Below, in pieces: positions 1 through 9,845 of a DNA stretch of 64,000 bases. Position 1 is the first letter of the stretch, and every line of letters begins with the position of its first letter. Made by a program: the position numbers and the translations under genes. Origin of the DNA: an uncultured Candidatus Poseidoniales archaeon (GTDB taxonomy: Archaea > Thermoplasmatota > Poseidoniia > Poseidoniales > Thalassarchaeaceae); assembly GCA_902573115.1 (NCBI GenBank), contig CACGIM010000002.1, positions 11,649 to 75,648 on the forward strand. The letters are read 5' to 3'. The notes below the pieces were generated by a model, which saw only the letters and a program-made list of their open reading frames with translations, searched no databases and had not been told where the DNA came from.

Positions 1-1
1 G

Positions 2-208
2 GCATTTATGTTCACCTTGGTTGGAACACAAGCATTGCTATCATCATTCAACTCATGGACATTCTATGTGTCAATATCGGCGGATCCAGTGGTAGCTATG
101 CAACTAATCGGGATTGTGGTCTTCATCTCCGTCATCCTCACACCTTATGGAATGAGGAGGATCAAGAAGATGGATTTGGTCGAGAAGGTCAAAGACCTAT
201 CACAGTAG
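2..208 (+). CDS. C-terminal fragment of a membrane protein, probably FtsX-like ABC permease (truncated by window edge)
   Basis: Frame open from window start; hydrophobic helix followed by RRIKKMDLVEKVK, like ABC permease C-termini. Confidence 0.5.
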   Translation, partial: AFMFTLVGTQALLSSFNSWTFYVSISADPVVAMQLIGIVVFISVILTPYGMRRIKKMDLVEKVKDLSQ

Positions 209-211
209 CGC

Positions 212-1000
212 ATGACCGTGAGAGTCGTAACTTGGAATCTGAATGGCATCCGAGCAGCCCATAGAAAGGGCTTGGAGGATTTCATTAAGGAAATTGATGC
301 TGACGTGATGTTGTTTCAAGAGGTTAGAGCATTACCCGAACAAATGCCCAAGGAGTGGTCTGAGCCAGAAGGCTACGAAGTGATTTGGCATCCTGCCCAA
401 AAAAAGGGATATTCGGGGGTAATGTCTTGTTCCAGGATAGGGATGGAGGAAATTAGTAGGGGGATAGACACGGAACTAGATGAAACCAGAGACCCAGAGG
501 GGAGAGTTCTAGTGACAAAACACGGAAATCTATCATGCGTCAATATTTACCTCCCCAACGGTTCTTCAAGAATGGAAAGGCAACAATACAAAGACCAGTG
601 GTTGGAGGATATGCTGGTTTGGAGTTGCCAGTTCTTGGATTCAGACGATCCCGCACTCCTTTGTGGGGACCTAAACATAGCTCATACCGAGGACGATATT
701 TGGGATCCGATTGGAAATAAGAGAACTTCGGGTTTCCTGGAGCATGAAAGGGAGTGGTTTGATCGGATGCTTTCAGCGGGATGGAATGACCTACTCAGGA
801 TACATGTTGGCCAGATGAAGGGCCCCTACTCTTGGTGGTCTAATTTCAGGAGAGCTAGAGAGAGAGATAGGGGATGGAGGATTGACTATATCCTGGCAAA
901 CAAAGCAGCTCTGCCAATGATGAAATCTGCTGAAATTATGAGAGAAGGGGGGCTAGTGGTTTCGGATCATGCCCCGGTAATCGTGGATCTTGAACTCTAA
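212..1000 (+). CDS. xth: Exodeoxyribonuclease III / AP endonuclease
   Basis: TWNLNGIRA, QEVR, GYSGV, YLPNG, GDLNIAH, YSWWS, GWRIDY, SDHAPV motifs. Confidence 0.95.
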   Translation: MTVRVVTWNLNGIRAAHRKGLEDFIKEIDADVMLFQEVRALPEQMPKEWSEPEGYEVIWHPAQKKGYSGVMSCSRIGMEEISRGIDTELDETRDPEGRVLVTKHGNLSCVNIYLPNGSSRMERQQYKDQWLEDMLVWSCQFLDSDDPALLCGDLNIAHTEDDIWDPIGNKRTSGFLEHEREWFDRMLSAGWNDLLRIHVGQMKGPYSWWSNFRRARERDRGWRIDYILANKAALPMMKSAEIMREGGLVVSDHAPVIVDLEL

Positions 1001-1008
1001 ACTGCCCT

Positions 1009-1032
1009 TTTCAAAAAAAATTTCAAAAAAAA
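1009..1032. repeat. Perfect 12-bp tandem repeat TTTCAAAAAAAA x2
   Basis: 1009-1020 and 1021-1032 are identical; intergenic between xth and aroA'. Confidence 0.8.
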
Positions 1033-1074
1033 TGGAAACGAGACCTTTCAAGTAAGAACCGCGGAGGGAACCAC

Positions 1075-1869
1075 ATGGCCGATGTTCTTGCGAGCAGGCT
1101 AGAGACCTTACTACCAGGCGGTAAAGGTGTCTGGGTGCCTATGGACCATAGTTCCTCAGCTTTTCCCGAGAGAGGCATGGTCGACCCGGATTCATCGGTG
1201 GACTCGGCAATTGAAGGAGGCGCAGACGCGATAATATTGCACAAAGGTGCAGTGAGCTACCATTCCAAAAGAACAGGCTGGAGCCGATTTGTATGCCATG
1301 CCTCGCTATCGACCGTCCACGGGGGTAATCGTTCGCAAGACAAAATCTTAGTTGCTAATGCCACCGAAAGCATATCAAGAGGAGCTATTGCAATTTCTGC
1401 TCAGGTCAATTTGGGAGATCGCGCAGAACCTGAGATGATTCGTAGGATAGCTTCTATAACATCCGAATCTATTGTTGCTGGGATACCGGTCCTAGGTATG
1501 TTCTACCCCCGAGGTGAGAATCTACACTTGGAAGAGTCCGACATTACTGGTGGCGTGGCTCACGCGGCTAGGCTTGCTTGGGAAATTGGCTGCAATGTGG
1601 TAAAAGTGCCTTGGACGGGCTCAGAAGAATCATTCAGAATAGTCACCTCTTCTGTACCGATTCCCGTTCTTGTTTCCGGGGGGGCCAGAGATAGGGATTT
1701 TGCGGATATTCTCAAAATCGTTGAGCAATCTCTGATCGCGGGAGGGGCTGGCGTATGCATAGGAAGGCATGTTTTCGGTTCGGAAAAACCGGCATCCAGC
1801 ATTAAGGCGCTTCGCGCTATGGTCCATGATGGCGTCACTTCCGATGAAGCTTTGAAATATCTAGGGTGA
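1075..1869 (+). CDS. aroA': 2-amino-3,7-dideoxy-D-threo-hept-6-ulosonate synthase (class I DhnA-type aldolase)
   Basis: VPMDH, LHKG, MFYPRG, HAARLA, VVKVPWTG, GRHVF; adjacent to DHQ synthase II. Confidence 0.85.
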   Translation: MADVLASRLETLLPGGKGVWVPMDHSSSAFPERGMVDPDSSVDSAIEGGADAIILHKGAVSYHSKRTGWSRFVCHASLSTVHGGNRSQDKILVANATESISRGAIAISAQVNLGDRAEPEMIRRIASITSESIVAGIPVLGMFYPRGENLHLEESDITGGVAHAARLAWEIGCNVVKVPWTGSEESFRIVTSSVPIPVLVSGGARDRDFADILKIVEQSLIAGGAGVCIGRHVFGSEKPASSIKALRAMVHDGVTSDEALKYLG

Positions 1870-1873
1870 TAAA

Positions 1874-2809
1874 ATGCAAGTTTGGCTGGATAGCACCCAA
1901 CAAGGGGACTCGGAGTCCGAGAAAATAAGTAGGCGATGGTATGGAAGTTCTAGCGACGTTTCTGAGATACTTATCGATGACAGGGCCACTCAGGCCGAAG
2001 CTATGTCGATGATTGGGCTAGTCCCATGGATACTGATAAGGTGTCCAGACTGGTCTATGGTTCCATTGGAGAATTTAGTAGCTTCTTCTAGAGGTACTGG
2101 TACTCGGATTGCTATAGCAATCACCCAGGAAATTGATCTCAATGGCGTTTCCTATGCTCTTGGAATTGGGGCTGATGCGGTTCTAGTTCCGAGTGGGTTA
2201 ATATCCGAGGCAGAAAAAGTCGCGGCGGAGAGATTAGATCTTCAGCAAGAAGCTAAAGTTGCAGAGGTTTCTTTCATCGATGCAGAGGTATCTGGAATAG
2301 AAACCTGTGGCATGGGGGAGAGAGTATGCGTCGACCTCACTAGGAGATTGAATATCGGCCAAGGGATGGCTATAGGCTCTACTTCCAGCATGCTTTGCCT
2401 AATTCACGGCGAAACAGTGGAGTCCGAGTACGTCCCAACTAGGCCTTTCAGAGTCAACGCCGGTTCTGTCCATTCCTACATACTAATGTCCGATGGAAGC
2501 ACGAAGTATCTGAGTGAATTGAATTCAGGAGATGAAGTAGCTGTGGTCTCTGAAGATGGAATTTGTGATATTGCAAGAATTGGAAGATTGAAGATCGAAA
2601 ACAGACCGATGGTTTTGTTGAGATACTCCAATGCTGATTTGGAAGGCCAGATCGTGCTTCAACAGGCGGAGACCGTTAGACTGGTATCGCCGGAAGGAAA
2701 ATTGGTTTCAATCACAGAGATTCGAGCAGGGGACAGGATAGCAGTGATTTCCGATACTAGGTTTAGACACACTGGAATAGCGGTTGAAGGGAAGGTGATC
2801 GAGAAGTGA
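1874..2809 (+). CDS. aroB': 3-dehydroquinate synthase II (archaeal type)
   Basis: GERVCVD, TRPFRVNAG, YLSEL, GRLKIENRP, LQQAETVRL, RHTG. Confidence 0.92.
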   Translation: MQVWLDSTQQGDSESEKISRRWYGSSSDVSEILIDDRATQAEAMSMIGLVPWILIRCPDWSMVPLENLVASSRGTGTRIAIAITQEIDLNGVSYALGIGADAVLVPSGLISEAEKVAAERLDLQQEAKVAEVSFIDAEVSGIETCGMGERVCVDLTRRLNIGQGMAIGSTSSMLCLIHGETVESEYVPTRPFRVNAGSVHSYILMSDGSTKYLSELNSGDEVAVVSEDGICDIARIGRLKIENRPMVLLRYSNADLEGQIVLQQAETVRLVSPEGKLVSITEIRAGDRIAVISDTRFRHTGIAVEGKVIEK

Positions 2810-3672
2810 AGGTGCTTGGAAAGGGAAAAGCGAATGGAGCCATCTCAATCCTTCACTCTCTTGGCCTTGGTAAGGGCTGCTCCATCGGAATTGGGCTTTC
2901 GACAGAAGTAACCTTAGTTGACGAAAAGACGACAATATCTAACGATCGTCATGGTTTACTGGGTGCAGTTGAAACATGCTGGAGATCGGAAGGGTTGCCA
3001 TTTCCTGAGGAATTTGGTTGGGTCATAAGTAGTGATTTGCCAATTGGACAAGGGCTGAAGTCTAGTTCGGCTTTAGCTAATGCGGCTTTTCGGGCACTAA
3101 ACGCTGGATCGTGGACAGGCCTATCTGATCCGGATATTGCCGATCTATCTGTTGCAGCCCAAAGAATTGCAAAATGCACTGTCACGGGTAGCATGGACGA
3201 TACTTGGGCTTCATTACAAGGGGGTTGGAAATTAGTCGATCCGACACTTAGTTCCTCTGATTCAATAATTTTGGAAGGAGAGATCGAAGAAGATTATTGT
3301 GTAATTATCATACTAAGGGGGAGAAGGAAGGCAATTATTGCAGAAGATTCTTTTCGCCTCCAAGGACCGATTTTCGAAAGGTCATTGGCCTCAGTAATGT
3401 CAGGATCTCCGATAGACTCTCTTTCCTCAAATGGGATGGCAGTCGCAGCAGCAACCAATGATCATTTGGCCCTCAGAATCAGTAATTCGCTGATAGCATC
3501 CGGAGCAGTTGCTTCAGGGATAACCGGTTCTGGCCCATCCATCTCTGTACTTTGCTATAAAGAATGTAAAAACATGCTAAGAGACAAAATTCATGAGATG
3601 GATCTGGAGACAATATCCACTAGACTATCTCGATCTAGCGTTTTAGAGGAGGAGGCGACAGGTTGGGAATGA
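2806..3672 (+). CDS. aroK: Archaeal GHMP-family shikimate kinase
   Basis: PIGQGLKSSSA, VTGSMDD, GITGSGPS; operon context. Confidence 0.9.
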   Translation: MKVLGKGKANGAISILHSLGLGKGCSIGIGLSTEVTLVDEKTTISNDRHGLLGAVETCWRSEGLPFPEEFGWVISSDLPIGQGLKSSSALANAAFRALNAGSWTGLSDPDIADLSVAAQRIAKCTVTGSMDDTWASLQGGWKLVDPTLSSSDSIILEGEIEEDYCVIIILRGRRKAIIAEDSFRLQGPIFERSLASVMSGSPIDSLSSNGMAVAAATNDHLALRISNSLIASGAVASGITGSGPSISVLCYKECKNMLRDKIHEMDLETISTRLSRSSVLEEEATGWE

Positions 3673-4763
3673 GATTAGGAGATGATTTGAGAGTCACTCT
3701 ATTTGGAGAGAGTCATGGGACGTGTGTTGGAGCTCTAGTGGAAGGGATACCCCCGGGAACGAAAATTGATCTTGAGGCACTATCAGAGGATTTGAATCTG
3801 AGGAAGCCCGGAAGGAAGGGCGTTTCGCCAAGATCAGAGTCTGATGATTGTGAAATACTCTCCGGAGTATACCAGGGAAAAGCTACGGGGTGGCCAATCG
3901 TTTTGATTGCTCGAAATTCAAATGCACGATCTTCTGATTACAGATTCCTACCAGACCATCCTCGGCCGGGTCACGCGGACATGGTTGAGTCGATATGGTC
4001 AGAAGGTTCCTTTGATCCAAGAGGGGGTGGTTCACAGTCAGCCAGGCTTACACTAGGACTAGTAGCGGCAGGAAGTCAAGTTAGAGCTATCTTGAATAAA
4101 TCAGGCTGGTCTTGTTGCGCACATCTCAGTCGCGTTGGAGAAATTTCGGCGAAGCCACTCATGCAACTAGACAGAGTCAAATCTCTCGAAGAGGGATCGG
4201 TGATGGCCAAATTAAATTGCAGAGATCCAGAGGCAGCTATTCAAATGTTAGATTTCATAGACCAAACCAGGAAGGAGGGAGATTCGTTAGGCTCTGTTGT
4301 GGAGCTGATAATTGAAGGGGTCCCGATCGGAGTGGGAGACCCTTGGTTCGATGGAATAGAGCCTTCTCTCTCTCGAGGCCTTATGGCGATACCCGGAGCC
4401 AGGGCAATTGAGTTCTCCGACGGAGTCAGGTCTTCTGAGATGAGAGGCTCAGAGAGTAACGACATGTGGTTACCTGGAGAAGAGTCTCCAATACTAGAGG
4501 GAGCTGAAACTGGAGAGGCGGATGGTGCTCTTGGAGGGAGGTCGACTGGAGCTCCAATCAGGGTACTTGTCCATTTCAAGCCACCAAGTAGCTTCCCGAG
4601 GGAGCAATTCACACTCCACCTACCAAGCAACGAAAGGAAGGAACTCAGGGTAGGTGGGCGTCATGACCCAGTAATTGGACCGAGGGGAGCTCCGGTAGTT
4701 GAAGCAGTGGCAATGCTAGTCATCTGTGACCTAGGCATTACTGGGGGCCATCTGGAAAGCTAA
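3669..4763 (+). CDS. aroC: Chorismate synthase
   Basis: TLFGESHG, RPGHAD, RGGGSQSARLT, FKPPSS, GRHDP; ATG 3669 overlaps aroK stop (ATGA). Confidence 0.95.
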   Translation: MRLGDDLRVTLFGESHGTCVGALVEGIPPGTKIDLEALSEDLNLRKPGRKGVSPRSESDDCEILSGVYQGKATGWPIVLIARNSNARSSDYRFLPDHPRPGHADMVESIWSEGSFDPRGGGSQSARLTLGLVAAGSQVRAILNKSGWSCCAHLSRVGEISAKPLMQLDRVKSLEEGSVMAKLNCRDPEAAIQMLDFIDQTRKEGDSLGSVVELIIEGVPIGVGDPWFDGIEPSLSRGLMAIPGARAIEFSDGVRSSEMRGSESNDMWLPGEESPILEGAETGEADGALGGRSTGAPIRVLVHFKPPSSFPREQFTLHLPSNERKELRVGGRHDPVIGPRGAPVVEAVAMLVICDLGITGGHLES

Positions 4764-5692
4764 TTCCTACTCTCCAAGTACTGTTGTATTCTAAGCGGCA
4801 CGTTGACCGCAAACATAGATGCTATTACGATGAAAACGAGTATGGTGCCAAGCGCTACCCCATAGACGCTGGTCAGCTCAACACTCTCCTCCAACCTATT
4901 TGCTGCAACGGGATCTAGAATTCCTACGAACAAAGGAACTATTACATTGATGAAGAGTGTAATCATAGCAACTACCGCTGCAACTGCAGGGGTATATCCC
5001 AGTGCCTTCCTATACTTGCTAGATATACTGTTGACGTTCATTACGTATACCTCACCTGTTCTTATTGACGTATCGAGCATCGAGAACCTAATCACTCCGC
5101 TGGAAATTTCCATGTAAACTACTAAGGAGACAGCATATAGGATGAGTAGAAGCTTCTGTAAGGCCTCACTCTCAGGCAAGAAGCTAAGCCCGAACTCAAC
5201 CTTACTGCCAGCGAACCTGATTGTGACAATTATCAAAGAGATGTAGGATACCAATATAGCTCTCTGATCTCTCTGATATATGCCGTAAAATCCCCCAACG
5301 AGACCTATTATAATTAGAAGTAAGTGAATTCCTACTCCCAAGACCCCGATGCCAATGACGTTGGACAATGTGAACCAAGCTGTACCGGAAACCGGCGTTA
5401 GCATGAATGTCAGGAAGCACAGTATCAGGAGTGATGCTGATGCCCACATCTGAAGCGTTAGGACCATCTTGTTTGGCGAAACGAACTCTCTGTTTACCAA
5501 CAGTGGGCCTCCGAAAATTGTCTCTACCCATGAGGGGATCGTCACTTCGGGTACTGCGTCTTCTGGAATTCCAGTATCGTTCTTTATGGTTCCAGCAGCC
5601 TTCTTTCTGCTGGGAGCGGAAGATCTGACTACCTTTCCGTCATAGAGGTGCGAGGTATCTATCGACCCCTTCTGCCCTTCCTTCTCAACCAT
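4760..5692 (-). CDS. Multi-pass membrane protein of unknown function, last gene of MoxR cluster
   Basis: 310 aa with about 6 hydrophobic segments; 9-bp gap to DUF58 gene. Confidence 0.75.
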   Translation of the reverse strand: MVEKEGQKGSIDTSHLYDGKVVRSSAPSRKKAAGTIKNDTGIPEDAVPEVTIPSWVETIFGGPLLVNREFVSPNKMVLTLQMWASASLLILCFLTFMLTPVSGTAWFTLSNVIGIGVLGVGIHLLLIIIGLVGGFYGIYQRDQRAILVSYISLIIVTIRFAGSKVEFGLSFLPESEALQKLLLILYAVSLVVYMEISSGVIRFSMLDTSIRTGEVYVMNVNSISSKYRKALGYTPAVAAVVAMITLFINVIVPLFVGILDPVAANRLEESVELTSVYGVALGTILVFIVIASMFAVNVPLRIQQYLESRN

Positions 5693-5701
5693 ATCTTCAC
5701 C

Positions 5702-7021
5702 TCAGAATCCTCTTGCGCCTGCTAGCGCTGTAAATAGAAGCATGTCGGGTTCCCAATCCATTACATATGCTCCAAGCCCTCTTAATTCTGTCATCAAGAT
5801 GTCTCTTTCCGTCTTTAAGACCTCGTAGCCGGTTCTGTCTATCCTCCTCGCATCAAACTCGAACTCTAAGCTACTTGGAGAAAGTACCGTCACCTCAAAG
5901 CTTCTAGCTCTAAGATCCCTTACTGCGTCTACGATTGTGGGGTCATCCTCCAGAGGCGAGAGAATGATGATTGGACTGCCCCTGTGGATGTGTGGCATTA
6001 TTCTATTTGTTACGATCTTCAGCGGAGTGTTCCCTTTTGCCATTGCACCGGCAAGCTTCGTCAAGATGATGTATAGCTGCTTTTTTCCAGTGTCTCTGTC
6101 GACAGATACTATCTCGTCTCCGTAAACTACCACTCCTACCGAGTCTCTTCTGGACAAGAAATATTGAGTGAGACTGGCTGCTGCTCTAGTGCTATATACC
6201 AACGAATTCCTACTAACGGGTCCTGTCTCACTCACCGCTCTGCTATCTACAATAATGATGACATCGCTGACAGCATCCCTTTCGAACTCATTCACCATCA
6301 TTTTCCCATCTTGCCTTGCAGTTGCCTGCCAGTTTATTTTCCTCATTGGATCCCCTGGGAGATACTCCCTCAGATTGTAGAAGTTTGATCCCTCACCTGG
6401 ATTTCTGATATTGACTGCGCCTGTGAATATCTTTGGAACTCTACTCTTTATCATAGCGTCCTTGATATCTTCCATCTTTGGAAACACAAGGAAATCATCA
6501 TACAATTGGATTTCTTTTTCATTATGGAAAAGTCCTAGCTCATCTTGTACCCTGATGCACACTGGACCAATCGAATAAAACCCCCTCAAAGGAGTCTCAA
6601 TTGTGTAAGATATCATCGTCTCCCTCTTCGGGCCTATTTCCATCAGAACGTAGTTTGCCCCTTTCTTTATTCTCATTACTTCGGGAACTCGATCTCTGAG
6701 TTCCAATACCTTAGCGGTGTTCGAGTTGTTCTGAATTCTGAGCGTTACTTCGATCTCGCCATCCTCGAAAACTCTAGAGGAAGACGTTTTTCTCATTGCT
6801 ACAATACTCTGGAGCTGAACGCCCTCGTCGAAGGCTGCATCCTCCGAACGCCTACCTGTGGAAGCCACATCACCGTGTGCAGTTCTCAGAGCGGCCCAAG
6901 TAAGGAATGATAGAAGGACTACCGCAACTGTGACTAGTTGTTGGTTTCTCAGAACTAGTCCTAGTAAGTACATCGCTACCGATAGGGAGGCGAACATGGC
7001 TGATTTTCGGCTCCAGGCCAC
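5702..7021 (-). CDS. DUF58 (vWA-like) protein, MoxR partner
   Basis: LREYLPGDPMRKINWQATAR, MVNEFE, RGFYSIGP; N-terminal TM helices. Confidence 0.9.
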   Translation of the reverse strand: MAWSRKSAMFASLSVAMYLLGLVLRNQQLVTVAVVLLSFLTWAALRTAHGDVASTGRRSEDAAFDEGVQLQSIVAMRKTSSSRVFEDGEIEVTLRIQNNSNTAKVLELRDRVPEVMRIKKGANYVLMEIGPKRETMISYTIETPLRGFYSIGPVCIRVQDELGLFHNEKEIQLYDDFLVFPKMEDIKDAMIKSRVPKIFTGAVNIRNPGEGSNFYNLREYLPGDPMRKINWQATARQDGKMMVNEFERDAVSDVIIIVDSRAVSETGPVSRNSLVYSTRAAASLTQYFLSRRDSVGVVVYGDEIVSVDRDTGKKQLYIILTKLAGAMAKGNTPLKIVTNRIMPHIHRGSPIIILSPLEDDPTIVDAVRDLRARSFEVTVLSPSSLEFEFDARRIDRTGYEVLKTERDILMTELRGLGAYVMDWEPDMLLFTALAGARGF

Positions 7022-7040
7022 TCTCCCACCTCAGCATCAC

Positions 7041-8126
7041 TCAGACGGTAGGAACGTTTGCCGCATTCTTCCCATGGAGGATATCTCGAATTATCTCTCC
7101 GCTTTCAAGACCCTTAATCTGATGCTCGGGTTTTAGAATTATTCTGTGGGCTACGGCCAACTCTGCAATTGACTTTACATCATCCGGAGTAACGAAATCC
7201 CTCCCCCTCATCGCTGCGACGGCTCTACTTGTCTTCAGAAGTGCCTGTGACCCTCTGGGCGATGATCCAACCAGAACTCTGGGATCTTCCCTAGTTCTCG
7301 CAACGATATCGACCATGTATTCCCTTACTGATCTATCCACGTAAACTTCCTCGCATGAATTCTGCATCTTAACCACGATTGCAGGGTCGGTGATGCTGTT
7401 GACGTCCACGTCGTCTTTCTTTCTCTCAATTCTTCTCTGTAGGATTTCATTCTCGTCTGCTCTGTCAGGATATCCGACCATCATCTTCATCATGAATCTG
7501 TCAAGTTGTGCTTCCGGGAGAGGGTAGGTTCCTTCCTGCTCCACAGGATTTTGAGTAGCCATAGTCAGGAAAGGAGCGGGTAGCTTGTGAGTCACTACAC
7601 CTATGGTGACTTGCTTCTCCTGCATGGCCTCAAGAAGGGCCGCTTGGGTCTTGGGAGGAGCTCTGTTGATCTCGTCAGAAAGAAGCAGGTTACAGAATAT
7701 CGGACCTGGCTTGAATGTGAATTCTCCCTTCTTGGCATCATAGATATTTGTCCCGGTTATATCTGCTGGAAGAAGGTCAGGAGTGAATTGGACTCGCTTG
7801 AAGTCACATCCGAGTGCATCTGCAAAGGTATTGGTCATCAGTGTCTTTGCAAGTCCGGGAAAGTCCTCGAATAGTAAGTTTCCATTTGATAGAATGTTGA
7901 CCATCACGTTGTCTATCACATGTGACTTTCCAATGATGACTTTCTGAACTTCTGTGCTTATCGCTTGGCCCATAGCACCTGTCGCCGAGAGTACCTCGTC
8001 GATCTTACTAGACCCACGAGCTTCCTGGGCCTTTTTTGCCAATTCTGCATTATGTCCTCCCTGGTTGGCTGTTCTCATCCCTTCTGCTTGTTGTGTTTCG
8101 CTCATTTTCATCTCTCCATTTTTCAA
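7041..8126 (-). CDS. moxR: MoxR family AAA+ ATPase (true start may be 8111 or 8105)
   Basis: PGLAKT Walker A, RVQFTPDLLPADITG, DEINRAPPKTQAALLEAM, ATQNPVEQEGTYPLPEAQLDRF. Confidence 0.95.
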   Translation of the reverse strand: MKNGEMKMSETQQAEGMRTANQGGHNAELAKKAQEARGSSKIDEVLSATGAMGQAISTEVQKVIIGKSHVIDNVMVNILSNGNLLFEDFPGLAKTLMTNTFADALGCDFKRVQFTPDLLPADITGTNIYDAKKGEFTFKPGPIFCNLLLSDEINRAPPKTQAALLEAMQEKQVTIGVVTHKLPAPFLTMATQNPVEQEGTYPLPEAQLDRFMMKMMVGYPDRADENEILQRRIERKKDDVDVNSITDPAIVVKMQNSCEEVYVDRSVREYMVDIVARTREDPRVLVGSSPRGSQALLKTSRAVAAMRGRDFVTPDDVKSIAELAVAHRIILKPEHQIKGLESGEIIRDILHGKNAANVPTV

Positions 8127-9787
8127 TTATTTTTTCCCCATCGCCGAATGGCCTGCATCAACTTGCGCAACTCTTGGGGCGTGTACGTCCGGCTTTGGCT
8201 ATAAGCCAATTCCACGAGACGTGGGTCGCCAATCATCGCTTGAACCTCGGGTGGTGGCGTCTGAGCCATTTCATCCCTCGTTAGGTCGTGATGTATCCTT
8301 ACTTTACTCAGTAATGCCGTTCGGACACGATTTCTGTATGAAGTGGGGTCTAATTTTTCTGGCCTCTGGTTGAACTTTGTTAAATCGAATACGTGTCTCC
8401 AGTTTTCCTTTTCAGGAGCCACCATCATGGCGACTAGAAGCAAAAGGCCCACGTTCAGAACCACTAGCCATTTCAGAAACTCGTTGGAAGTGAGTAGAAC
8501 CACAGTCCCCATAGTCTCAACAAACGGAGCCGAGACAACTCCCGTGACGTGGCGACTCTCGTCAAAGACTATCTGGAAGTTTCCTCTGTCTGACTTTATC
8601 GGAGCAGAAAGGTTTGCATTGTTGAACTCCATCATATCGTAAACTAGGATCTTGAAGAATCTCTCATTTCCCCCCCAGTCGTTGTTATTGAGGATTTCTT
8701 GAGTCCAGCAGTTGTTCTGCGTATATCCGCCAATGGCAGAACAATCCCTACTAAGCCCTCTATCTTCGGCGTCATCTAGTTCCCATAGTAAGTTCGAGAG
8801 CGCTTCGTCATCAGCAACAAAAACAATGCTTCCTGTTACTTCCAATTCCCCTACTCCTGAAGAAAAGGCACCCCTGTCAGTATTCGGAAGTTCGTCAAAC
8901 ACCTTGATTCCAGGGTAATCAAACCTCATCATTAGTTTTAGATCACCTGGTGCAGGATTCTCTGGATTTGTTGGGTCTCCATCTCCTTTTATGTCGATGA
9001 ATGCGGAGGGGGAGGCTTTCCCTAGAGTCATAATTTTCCTGCTGTTTGGATTATCAATATCCTCCAGTAAGGGCTCGAACTTCAGACCTGTGGGCGATTT
9101 GAACATCACTGGCATTCTGCAATCCCTCAGTCCATCAGGGTTCTGTATCTGGAAGGGTGTGCATCCTTGCATCGAAGCCCCGGCAGACATTTGTTCAACA
9201 TCTTGGCCGACGGATGTAGCGCTCCAAACATTGCCCCAATCGATGACTGGATTTGTTGTACCGGGTTCGATATATATCCAGTGCTGCTTCTCATCCCTAA
9301 GTGGGTCGTCGAAATATGTGACCCCAAACATTCCTGCCAAAATGTTTGCATTAGTGTTGTCTGCCGCAACTATGACCTTACCACCCTTCTCAGTGACGAA
9401 TTTGTATATCTCAGCTGCCTCGGTCTCATCAATCGGCTTCTCAGGAGCCACTACTGCAAGAAGGGTCCTGTGGGGGTCCTTCCAGTCGTTAACCAGCATT
9501 GGCGTTGACATTGTGTTAGCTACGTAATAACCCTCCTCCTCCTCAAAGGAGTCCCTCATGTCAGAGACCTGCCCATCGCCTTCAACTTCGTATGCAGAGT
9601 AGGCGGTCTCCTTGTTCGCAACGAAGAACATAGGCAAAACTAGTAGAAGAACTCCCGTGATTACCAATGAATAGGTTATGTTTCTATTGAACCTGTCATC
9701 GCTACTCAATTCCTCAGGCACCCAAAGCAACTCCCAATTCCAATTGGGCCTACGGCCCAAGCAACGCCCGGTCGACAAACATAACAC
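8123..9787 (-). CDS. Membrane-anchored DUF4350/GATase-like-fold protein of MoxR cluster (start probably GTG 9721)
   Basis: N- and C-terminal TM helices; FVTEKGGKVIVAAD and IVFDESRH motifs; context. Confidence 0.6.
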   Translation of the reverse strand: MLCLSTGRCLGRRPNWNWELLWVPEELSSDDRFNRNITYSLVITGVLLLVLPMFFVANKETAYSAYEVEGDGQVSDMRDSFEEEEGYYVANTMSTPMLVNDWKDPHRTLLAVVAPEKPIDETEAAEIYKFVTEKGGKVIVAADNTNANILAGMFGVTYFDDPLRDEKQHWIYIEPGTTNPVIDWGNVWSATSVGQDVEQMSAGASMQGCTPFQIQNPDGLRDCRMPVMFKSPTGLKFEPLLEDIDNPNSRKIMTLGKASPSAFIDIKGDGDPTNPENPAPGDLKLMMRFDYPGIKVFDELPNTDRGAFSSGVGELEVTGSIVFVADDEALSNLLWELDDAEDRGLSRDCSAIGGYTQNNCWTQEILNNNDWGGNERFFKILVYDMMEFNNANLSAPIKSDRGNFQIVFDESRHVTGVVSAPFVETMGTVVLLTSNEFLKWLVVLNVGLLLLVAMMVAPEKENWRHVFDLTKFNQRPEKLDPTSYRNRVRTALLSKVRIHHDLTRDEMAQTPPPEVQAMIGDPRLVELAYSQSRTYTPQELRKLMQAIRRWGKNN

Positions 9788-9845
9788 GGTTATATGTTCC
9801 TGAGATTAGTTTGAGTTGGGACTAGCGAATTGTTTGTACTCGAGC

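Noticed and set aside
8991-9527. 178-aa plus-strand ORF and the many similar 60-170 aa antisense ORFs
   Set aside because: Lie wholly opposite well-supported genes; shadow frames
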